Shown here piece after piece: positions 52,982 to 64,000 of a stretch of 64,000 nucleotides of DNA; within the stretch, counting starts at the first letter, position 1, and each line of letters begins with the position of its first letter. The position numbers and the translations under genes were made by a program. Source of the DNA: Eledone cirrhosa (Eukaryota). The notes below the pieces were generated by a model. It searched no databases. It was given only the letters and a program-made list of their open reading frames with translations, and was not told where the DNA came from. The stretch covers positions 133,238,001 to 133,302,000 of the forward strand of contig OZ024745.1 of the NCBI GenBank assembly GCA_964016885.1, given 5' to 3'.

Positions 52982-53355
52982 TATATATACCCTCTGACTT
53001 CGACCATCTGGACCACTTCCTGTTGCGCGCGCCCCATATTATTCAACTTCCTCTTCGCCATAAGGACTCTACCACTCGGATATCGACATCATCTTATCTT
53101 GGAACTATACTATCCACATACACACAGACATCCATTCAGAAACTTAGGCACACACAGATGCATACACACACACATACACAGAGACAGACAGACACACCCA
53201 CACACACACACATACAGAGACTATACACACACAGACATACACGCCACTCCAACACACAATCGTTTTTGAAAACCCACAATCACTTACACCCGCACTCCCC
53301 CAGACTCTCATACTTACATCCATGCATAGACACACACACACGTAGATCTACACAC

Positions 53356-53403
<48 letters not shown>

Positions 53404-53573
53404 CTCACCATACCCTCCCCGAACCATACACTCCCCTCACTTTTTTAATATTCTCTGTTTGTCTTTTTTTATAACATTTACTTTCCACTTCATGTTCCAT
53501 TTATTTTTATTTCTATTTTTCTCGCTAACACCCCTCTCACTCCTTCCCGGAGTACCTCCCCCCGCCCACTCTA

Positions 53574-53601
53574 CTGATGAAGGGCCTATGCCTGACATGT
53601 C
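53574..53601 (+). ncRNA. Degenerate HHR motif
   Basis: CTGATGA-a-GGGC-ctat-GCCT-GAcA-tg-TC; helix I not evident. Confidence 0.35.
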
Positions 53602-53839
53602 GCAACCACACCCCCACTCTCACCAAGTGTGAAACTAATAATATTTATAGCATTTACTCCTGCGTTTGTATGTTTTTTTGTTTTCTGTTATTCCGAACTA
53701 TACCTGCACACACATATATAAATAAATAAATATATATATATATATAGTCTTCACATTTATTATTATTACTATACACACACACAAATATATACATATATAT
53801 AGAGAGATAGATAGATAGAGAGATAGATAGATAGATAGA

Positions 53840-54840
53840 TAACTTTCTTTTTATTTGCCACCAGGGTATCAAAGAGTGGGACAAGTACAATGGGGGGAGT
53901 TTACATAACAAGGCGTCCTCAATAAGGAGGAGGCAATAACAAAATATAAAAATATAAAATATAAAATATAACAAAAATAAATTGAAAAACAAAATCCTCA
54001 ATAGGGAGGAGGAGCCTTGGGGTGTGGCACACACCCCCTAAATAAGTGTGCAACCCTTCTCCTCAGGATCACAGAGAGAGGGTTCTCCCATGCTCTTTCA
54101 TCTTTCTCACCTACAGTCTGATGTAAAGTGAAAGCCCATTCACACAGGCCATTCTCCCCACTTTCACCCATCTTTCATAAAAACGGCTGGGGTGCAGCAC
54201 TTCTCTCTCCATCCTGATCCTTCTTCCGAAATGATATCGGGAGAAACGGACCAGTTGTTGGCCAGAGAGAAAGGTGTCTGACCTCAGTCCTTTCAGACGC
54301 GTCCACCATACAACCTCTTTCGCCATGGCTACTACGCACAGAAACACCGCCTCTCCTTCGTCTTTGAAGAGGGGAGGCCGCTTGATCGTTACAATAGACT
54401 CGGTGGTCAACCGGATCGGTCCCATCCTTGACAGCAGTTGTTCGACATAGCCCCACAGATCGGCAATGCCCGAGCAGTGTACCAATGCGTGTGCAACGGT
54501 TTTCTCGTCGCACACGCATCTGGGACAGATCTTTTTCGAAGGGTCCCTACCCGGGCGCCCGTGTCTGTAGAGCCTTTCTCGAACGGACAGAGCCCCTCGG
54601 TAGCACTGCCAGGCCAGGGACCTATCGAAGTTATCCATGGGTCCTGAGCTGAATGTCCTACCGAACAGGTTGGCCAGTTCGTCTTCCTCCATGCCTAGGG
54701 CTTATCCGAGGGCGTCGTCGCACCTGCTAACCACCAGCCCTCTATAGAATGACGAGGTCGATTCTCCACTGACAGCCGGGTCCGCCTGCCAGAGAGCCGT
54801 GAGCGCCTGGGCACACTCGGTGTGCCAGGCGCCCAATGCA
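53840..54840 (-). mobile_element. Tx1/L1-clade LINE 3' end (ORF2 zinc-finger region and 3' UTR)
   Basis: ORF 54111-54692: DRSLAWQCYRGALSVRERL..CPRCVCDEKTVAHALVHC..LW..AKEVVWWTR. The 3' end aaataaaaagaaag abuts (TATC)n. Confidence 0.8.
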
Positions 54841-55221
54841 CTTTATGTATATGCACTTTGCATTTGTAATAAGTGCAAATCACAAAAAAAGAAGTATGAG
54901 AAGAGAAAATATTGTTTCCTCATATAAATATTTCAGCAACTACATTTGACTACTGTCTATATTGATCCCTGTGATGCGTAAAGTAATTTAAACGCTTTTG
55001 ACACATTTGTAACAATAATGATTATTTCAATTGTTCTAATGAGCAAAAACGTGTCAGCATTTTAAATGCTTCCTCTCAAAGAAACTCTATCGTTCTGAAT
55101 TACAAATTTATTTTGACCTATCACTCATTCACAAATCAAATTATTCTCTCCAAATATACTACAATATAATAAATGTAACAGTTACTTCTACGTTAATTTA
55201 TTATATAAATACGACAAACAC

Positions 55222-55303
<82 letters not shown>

Positions 55304-55560
55304 AAGAAGCAAAGGAATGACTTCACTTGTAATTCTAAACAATTCAATTTAATTTTATGATATTAAAATTTTACAATTTGGTTTTGTAGATCTAGTAAGT
55401 ACTTTCTCGCATTCGTCGGGGGTGATTGTCAAACTGATCTCAGGTTGTGTAGTGATGTGTGACTCTCTATATAAGAGATTTAAATGGATGTGGGGGGGTT
55501 AATGAGTGTGAGAGTGAAGGAGTGTTGAAGATTTAAAGGAATTAAAGCATATACATATAC

Positions 55561-55630
<70 letters not shown>

Positions 55631-55786
55631 GTCAATACTCATCTTTTTCCATTTATCTGAGGGTTTTAAACCCCATTATCAGACTAAAATTTGTTAAGTC
55701 AAAAAATACGGTGAAAGCTATTCTAATTCTATTTTCTAATTTCAAACCTGCTCATTGTTTCAAAACATATTTACTTGTCATATATA

Positions 55787-55831
<45 letters not shown>

Positions 55832-55924
55832 ATATATGGTAACAGTAAAGATAATTGATTGTGAGTGGAGGGAGGAGGTGTTGGGGTGTTTAAGTGTGTT
55901 TTAGAATGCGGTGGTAGAAGTGCC

Positions 55925-56226
55925 CTCCTGCCTTGTCTTTCTTCCTTACGGGGTCGATAAATATAAAGCACCAGTAATGCGGGTAATTGCTAGCCTTGTG
56001 CCAACTGTTGAAATAATTATATTGTATCATATTATATTATCTAAAGGGCAGTGGATTGGCAGTATCGATAGATGGTCGGACGCCACACTTTGCAGCATCT
56101 TTATTATCTGAGTTCAAATCCTGCCGAGGTTAATTTTGCCATTCATCCTTACGGGCTTCATAAAATAATGTACCAGTAATGCAATGGAATAATTGCTGGC
56201 CTTGTAGCAAAAGTAGAAACAATTAT
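55925..56226 (+). mobile_element. Two tandem SINE copies (partial 55925-56020; full 56047-56226)
   Basis: B-box gagttcaaatcc; family core and tail. Confidence 0.8.
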
Positions 56227-59200
56227 ATTACTATACATTTTTGATAAAACATATTTTCAACACATTTCTACAGCGAGGAAATTATAGAACTTGACAGGAA
56301 CAATAACGGGTGTAATAACTGGTATTAAAATACATTCGATTGGATGCACAATACCATAATAAAACAACTTAACAGATATATCAAATGCTACTCTTAATGA
56401 AGATAATCTTCACATATAAATTATATTATAGAAAGGAAAAACACATATTGTGATGTTATCGCCAAATGCATTAAACCGACGAAACTATACATTACACTTA
56501 AATTCTATTATCAGAAGAACACGATAAAATACTAAACCGGAGAATAAACTTCATATTACCAATGTAATTTACAAATTCATATGGAAACATTAAACAGTTA
56601 ACCTCATCACCATAAATGTTACACTGGATATCTCACGAGATGAATTTTCATCGAAAAGGCGATAATAAAACGCATACTGCACAACCAAAACAATATCTGA
56701 TAGAAACAAAGTAGTTAAAATACAGAAAAATTAAGCAGCATTGAAAAGAAATATAATTGCCATAAATGAGAAAAAAGGGAGCGGAAGAACAAGGACTACT
56801 AGGCAAAGAAAGAAAGGAAGCAAGAAGGGAATAGGTTAACAGTCACTTCACCGGCTGCACAACGGACAATATATCAAAGACATTTCCGTAGAAAATAGCC
56901 AGCACCAAACGCTACAATAGACAACCCACTTCGCAGGACTGCTTCCTTTGGCGGCCTGATATCGATCAGATTTTAAGGCACTGCTCAGCTATCCGGGATC
57001 CGAGAACGCTTGATGTCTCGATGGTGACCTATGCAAAGAGTAAGCAGCCAGATAACCTCTGAGATTTGATTGTCTTCTGCATTGCGAGCCGTGGTACCGG
57101 GATTTGTGGCCAAGGCAATTACCTTCGATGTGGAGAACACCACATCTGATGAGGGATTTACCTCTTTCCAATACCGAATACCTACACAATATTGACATTA
57201 TTCATGAAAAGTATTGATGTATGGACTGGGAATCGAACTCACAACCTCATTGTTGTATGGACTGTTAAATTTCTATTCAATTTACACGTGCTCACACATT
57301 TGCATATGAATCACGTGACCTTGGCAGTCAGTCAGCGTTGGTATTAAAAACTCGGTCACAGACTGCTACTTACTTTATGTTATTCTGCTACTGCGAGGAG
57401 GGGCGTTTTGGTTGTTTCGCAAATTACACAAATTATTTGATATAACTCGTTGTGTTTTCTCTGCGAGTACCGAGAGGAATACAACAAGTATATTCTCAGG
57501 CAATATACCAGAGATATTAACATATATCTATCAAAATAACAGGTCACATGTTAGGATTTTATGTTTAAAGATTGTCATTTAGAGGATTAAATTCTTTCCC
57601 GGATGTTTTGCATACAGACAAATCTATATTTTATTTAGTGTATCAGTATTAACATGGACGATTGATATATCTTGGGACAAAACATAAAGTTCAGCATGTT
57701 AGTGAAACCATTCTTTATTTTATGATCATCACTATGGCGTAACTCTGAAGAGGATGTTTGTTTCCTTTCATTACAGCTGATAACCCAACACAAATAATAT
57801 ATGGACACCAAATATATATGTTCAATGTAATGACGCAAACATAAATCTTGCAACTCTAGAGAGAGCTATATAGACAGTAACTGCTGCTCCGCCTTAAGTG
57901 GAAAACGACTCGGCATTTATCAAGTTGGAGGAATTTGCTATCTAACAATTTTCTGATTATATAATGATTTAACATTGTATAGCTTAATATTAAAGATTAA
58001 ATGTGCCGAATAACTTTTCCGCCAACTTCCACCAAGAAATATTTCGTATCATTGAAATTTTCTTTGCTTCTTGCATTTAAATGTTCCACAACTCTCTACC
58101 ACTTATCCTCTGCTTCAATCTTCTTACACCAACTTCTTCTCACCCGTCTATTTTTCACTCCCACCCTAGTACATTCAATATGCCCAATCTCCGCCAGCTC
58201 CATTCTACTCTCAAGCGCTTCCTCCAACCTCCCCTCCCCATATATGCATCCAATCCTCCCTGCATCTCACCAGCCTCATCTTCACCAAAACATGGACCTG
58301 TGATTGGCATGTTCTTACCGGTAACCTTAGTATTAAGTGCACCGTCTTCATAATCCCTTGTAGAAGCTATGAGCAGATTTTATCTCGACAACACATTATG
58401 ACATGCAAATTTGCAAATTATTGCAAAAGTTATTACATCAATGTCCACATGAGAAGATTTGCATCCATTGGCGCATTCTAATGAAACACTTGATATTATT
58501 TCTGTATTATAACCGTTCTTCATTTGATTTATAGCAGGTGTGAAGTGAGTTTGTCATAGACAGAAACGGATTTCAAAATATGAAAGAGGAACTTTGAACG
58601 AAAATGCCATCCATTTCTCTCACTCCTTCAACATACAAACCACTAAGCAAATAATCACTAACGAACCGATCCGAAGTAAAATCTGTTATGTATCTACCGT
58701 AATTAGAATGTTCCGGGTTAGAGTTACGTCAGTTTGAAAAGCACGCATGTGATGGATAATTTCTATAGAAAGATTCAATGGGGATAGAATCAGCTATAAT
58801 GATTTAACATCCAAAGTCAATTTACAGCTGTTTGTAAATTGTATGAGATGCGATCTTGGATTTTAGCACAGGCTAAAGAAAGTGAGTTTGAAAGATTAGA
58901 TATTATACAATGAAATATTCATAAATTCTATATTAAGATATATGGAGTTCAAAAGAAATATGTTTGGTAGTGAAGTCCATCTGGAGATCTAATTCTCCAC
59001 AGCTGAGCGGTCTGTCGCTGAAAAGTCATACACATTTGTTTGGGATCGAACGTGCGCTCGACTTGCTCTGACGACGACCGGATTGTGGTTTTGTTGCCAC
59101 ACCCCGCCTCTGCCACTCGGACCCATCGAATGACTTTCATCCTCTTTCGTCTATAAGCACGTGTTGTAGCTTTGACAATACAGACCTCCTGCTAGGGCCG

Positions 59201-59796
59201 ATCCCGCCGCAAGCATGTGGGTCGAGATGTATATTCGTCTAGCTTTCTAAGAAGAAGAAGAAGAAAAATTTGATGATGTTGATTGTGTTGATGATAATGA
59301 AGATGAAAAAGAAGAGGAGAAGGAAATGAAGAATAATAACAATAACAACAATAACACCAACAACGACAGCAACAATGACAGCAACAACAACAACAACACC
59401 AACAAAACCACAACTGTCACAACAATCATATAACTAACAGTAACTGCTAATACTACTATAGAGGAAAGACGGGGAAGCTTTCTATGAAGGATATCCAACA
59501 CTCCAACTACCGTAACACTTTCAGACCGAGTTGTGATTAAAATAATCTACAAGTTTACTATGATGGTGAAGCTGGTAAGAACGCAGCTTTCCTTTGTAAG
59601 GTGCTGCATTACAAAGTTGAACAAGATAAATATTACTGGTGTGAGAAGGGTTATGTAATATATTTTATATAGTTTGGACAGAAACCAGAACTGTCAACCT
59701 CTCAAAGCCCAAACGTGGCGTATCATGAAAAAATGTGCCCCAAAACGGTTATAAATGAGGAAAAATGGGGAGACATTTAGACATTTAGACATTTGA

Positions 59797-61390
59797 GAGC
59801 ACAAATGACTGATTTGTGGGGTTTCAAGAGCTCACACGACTGATTTTTGGACTTCAAGCGCTCACACGACTGATTTGTGGGCTTCAAGAGTTCACGCGAC
59901 TGATTTGTGGGCTTCAAGAGCTCACACAACTGATTTGTGCGGATTTAAGAGCTCAGACGAATGATTTGAGGGGATTTAAGAGCTCACACGACTGATTTGT
60001 GGGGTTTAAGAGCTCACACGACTGATTTGTGGGACTTTAAGAGCTCAAATGATTGATTTGTGGGTCTTTATGAGCTCACACGACTGATTTGTGGGGATTT
60101 AAGAGCTCACACGACTGATTTGAGGGGCTTTAAGAGCTCACACGACTTATTTGTGGGGACTTAAGAGTTCAGACGACTGATTTGAGGGGATTTAAGAGCT
60201 CACACGACTGATTTGTAAGGCTTTAAGAGTCACACGACTAATTTTGGGGCTTTAAGAGCTCAGACGACTGATTTGTGGGGCTTTAAGAGCTCACACGACT
60301 GATTTGTGGGGCTTTAAGAGCTCACACGACTGATTTGTGGGGATTTAAGAGCTCACACGACTGATTTGAGGGGCTTTAAGAGCTCACACGACTGATTTGT
60401 GGGGCTTTAAGAGCTCATACGACTGATTTGTGGGGCTTTAAGAGTCACACGACTGATTTGTGCGGCTTTAAGAGCTCACATGACTGATTTGTGGGGATTT
60501 AAGAGCTCACACGACTGATTTGTGGGGCTTTAAGAGCTCACACGACTGATTTGAGGGGCTTTAAGAGCTCACACGACTGATTTGTGCGGCTTTAAGAGCT
60601 CACACGACTGATTTGTGCGGCTTTAAGAGCTCACACGACTGATTTGTGCGGCTTTAAGAGCTCACACGACTGATTTGTGCGGCTTTAAGAGCTCACATGA
60701 CTGATTTGTGGGGCTTTAAGAGTCACACGACTGATTTATGGGGCTTTAAGAGCTCACACGACTGATTTGTGGGGATTTAAGAGCTCACACGACTGATTTG
60801 AGGGGCTTTAAGAGCTCACACGACTGATTTGTGCGGCTTTAAGAGCTCACACGACTGATTTGTGCGGCTTTAAGAGCTCACACGACTGATTTGTGGGGCT
60901 TTAAGAGTCACACGACTGATTTGTGGGGATTTAAGAGCTCACACGACTGATTTGTGGGGATTTAAGAGCTCACACGACTGATTTGAGGGGCTTTAAGAGC
61001 TCACACGACTTAATTGTGGGGACTTAAGAGCTCACACGACTGATTTGTGGGGATTTAAGAGCTCACATGACTGATTTGTGGGGATGTAAGAGCTCACACG
61101 ACTGATTTGTGCGGCTTTAAGAGCTCACACGACTGATTTGTGGGGCTTTAAGTGTCACACGACTGATTTGTGGGGATTTAAGAGCTTACACGACTGATTT
61201 GTGGGGATTTAAGAGCTCACACGACTGATTTGAGGGGCTTTAAGAGCTCACACGACTTAATTGTGGGGACTTAAGAGCTCACACGACTGATTTGTGGGGA
61301 TTTAAGAGCTCACATGACTGATTTGTAGGGATGTAAGAGCTCACACGACTGATTTGTGGGGCTTTAAGAGATTAGATGACTGATTTGCGG
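59797..61390. repeat. 31-bp minisatellite, about 50 copies
   Basis: Unit GAGCTCACACGACTGATTTGTGGGGCTTTAA repeated head-to-tail with no unique spacers. Confidence 0.95.
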
Positions 61391-61785
61391 CAAATTTACT
61401 TGCAATATATTTGGTAATTTCAAATGTCCATTAACATATCCCTATATCACGGATACGAATTAAATCAAGAAAATACGCGAACGAAATTTACCTTTAACTG
61501 ATATCTACAGTTTAAATATTACATTATCTTCTGTATTCCTGAGTGAATAATAATAATATTATAATAATGTCATAATATTATTAATATTTGGTTTGTTTAC
61601 AAGTAAACAGCCTCATAAAACAGCACGTGGTAGATAACGTCATCTTTTCGTTCCAGCGGTAGATGAGAGAGAACTATCGACAATTGACGATTGTTTCGGA
61701 GTGTCTTGCTCCTCGTAAAGATTGTGTATTCTTCTCGCTTGCTATCTGCTGAAACTACTGAGAATACATAGTATTCTCAAGTGTA

Positions 61786-61976
61786 TACATCGACTGATTA
61801 GCCTCATTTGCACACCGAGGGACATTACAACCGGCTTCGCCGAAAAAAAAGCGAATATTAATAATATTATGATATAATTATAATAATATCATAATATTAT
61901 TTATATTCAGTTTGTTTTTCGGCAAAGTCGGCTGTAATGTCGCTCGTTGTACGAATGAGGCTAATCAGCCTATGTA
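61786..61976. mobile_element. Palindromic foldback MITE
   Basis: ctgattagcctcatt..gacattaca.ccg.ctt.gccgaaaaa / tttttcggc.aag.cgg.tgtaatgtc..aatgaggctaatcag around an AT-rich centre. Confidence 0.75.
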
Positions 61977-63531
61977 AGAAACAATTATTTTAATATTAAT
62001 ATTATTCACTCACCATTACATTTAGTTATCGACCATGTTAAGAGCAAAAAATGACATTTTCTGTTTTTATTTCAATAGAGAAAAATATACAAAACAATCC
62101 AAGATGCTTCTATATAATGCAAGGAAAAGTAATGTTTATTTTCCCCGATTATATTTCAAGGCATTTATATATCAGGTGTAAAAGTATTAATATCTCTCAT
62201 TTACAAAATTTGTACAATTGTATTTCAATGCATGTTTTTCTCAGTTCGTCATCAATTAATAATCTTATATAATAATACTACACAAGAATAAATTCTGTCA
62301 TACATACATAATTTTCACTGCGACGCGAAGAAAGAGAGTTAATCGTTATATTAATATAAGACGCGTATTAATATAAGTAGCGTATCATCATGTTAAAATG
62401 ATTTAGCTAATTCTACATATATTCCTTATTTGACAATATATTTCCCGTTTATGTCATTATATCAGCACCTACTTAATGATCTTATGAAAGAATAAATTAA
62501 GAAGCAGTTGTGTTGTTATGTCTTGGTACGACGAATAGTGGGGGATGGAATGAATTTCCGTCGGTTTCGATGATGAGTTTTCTAAATTCTCAGAAAATAG
62601 AGTATATGACAAGGCTGGTCTTTTGAAGTATAGGTAGGGTCTATTTAAAGAGTCTCCAAATGTGTATGTATACCCAATTGCTAGCACACGTTGAGGAGAG
62701 ACGCTAGGCTAATGTAGATTACACATATCACTGATACCACGAAGATTATTATTGCGAGGCAAAGTTCTTAGCCAGGTTCGAACGTTACGTCACTTGTTTT
62801 ATGAGTATATTTTGAATAATATGTATCTTGAAACTTCTTAGTAAATAGAATAGTAGTATCTTTGAAGTGATATTTTATAAATTCTTACAATCGTCTGAAT
62901 TATTACATAATCTGTAAATATCTTCGGATCCTGCACTAAAACCTGACGTATTCTAATATGAATTTCATTTCGAATTATATTTTGTAAAACAAAACTTTTA
63001 TCATAATATGATTGTTAAAATGAGTTGTTCTAATGCTCACGTGAATGCATGATATTAAATTTTTTTAAATAAATAAATAACATGGAAAACTTGCTGAAAA
63101 TATGTTTATATTGTTTTCTTTATCTTAGTTTCATTTAATTGTATGGTTTCTAAAGTAGTGTGCAATAAAATGTGCGATTGCAACCTCAAAATTAAAATAT
63201 AAATAAAAAAAAACAATATGTCTGACCTCTAGAGCAATGTAAATAAGAATATAACTCTGAAAGAAAATTAAGCGTTAGCAACATAATTTATATGGATCCC
63301 AGAGGAAATAAATTTTCATTTACTGAACGACATTGTTTGGAAATTATCTTTTCTTTATGGAAATTCATGTATGATGGAGCGTATCTTTTAGATTAAGTAT
63401 ATTAATGACATTCCAAAAAATAATCGGTTTCTCAAGAGTTGATAAATACACTAAGCTCACAAATGCACGGCTAATTGGATACAGGCCTAATCGTCGTTTT
63501 TATTTATTGACGCTGATAAATATTTTACATG

Positions 63532-63630
<99 letters not shown>

Positions 63631-63699
63631 AAAAAGGGATGAAATCGAAAATGCAACTGAAGTCTTATTTTTTTTTTAAATATATATATTTATTTGGTT

Positions 63700-63737
63700 C
63701 CTTTACCGGTTTCGCAGTTCTTCTGCTTTTCAAAAGG
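63700..63737 (-). ncRNA. Minimal type-I HHR with U3-A8 core (identical to 48362)
   Basis: Minus strand CCTT-TTGAAAA-GCAG-aagaa-CTGC-GAAA-CCGG-TA-AAGG, within a repeat starting at (TA)n at 63628. Confidence 0.78.
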
Positions 63738-64000
63738 TGAGTTGAGATGGAGGGTCTGTGGTTTTTCTCACATCTGGTTGGTCTCTAAATGTTACTTGTT
63801 TTATATGGAAAAAGTGGCTCGAAAGCCAGGTTTTTCGAGAAGTAATTTGATTGGTTTGTCAATAATTATAATAAATTTCGCGCCAGTTCGCGTTACAATA
63901 GTTCTTCAAATAAGAGAGGGGGGGGGGGTTGTCACAGGTTGTTTTTCATATATGAGTGTTTGAATTTCTTTTTACTTGTAGACCAAGGCTACAGGACTCA

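Noticed and set aside
55390-55690. Two possible decayed HHRs on the minus strand (CTGATAA..; GAAAGTACTT)
   Set aside because: Cores are incomplete and there is no convincing helix I.
59797-61390. CRISPR-like array of 31-bp repeats
   Set aside because: Units are contiguous with no unique spacers, there are no cas genes, and the context is eukaryotic; it is a minisatellite.

Overview
Eukaryotic, AT-rich, microsatellite-saturated intergenic or intronic DNA. The SINE family and repeat landscape suggest an octopus/cephalopod genome (inference). I can support no host protein-coding gene; most ORF-track entries are microsatellite translations. The window is a nest of mobile elements: R4/Dong-like, CRE-like, RTE and Tx1-like LINE fragments, tRNA-derived SINEs, a DD37D (maT) Tc1/mariner copy, foldback MITEs, a 31-bp minisatellite, and many Penelope-like elements (PLEs), including one near-intact RT+GIY-YIG copy. 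The main unexplained signal, read by eye on both strands, is about 30 type-I hammerhead ribozyme (HHR) motifs in PLE pseudo-LTR pieces inserted into (TA)n tracts. They include two independent families with a compensatory U3-A8 core (UUGANAA instead of CUGANGA), families with very long helix-II insertions, palindromic helix III, and inverted or twin-primed arrangements. Ribozyme activity is predicted from motifs only, and coordinates were read manually (plus or minus a few nt).
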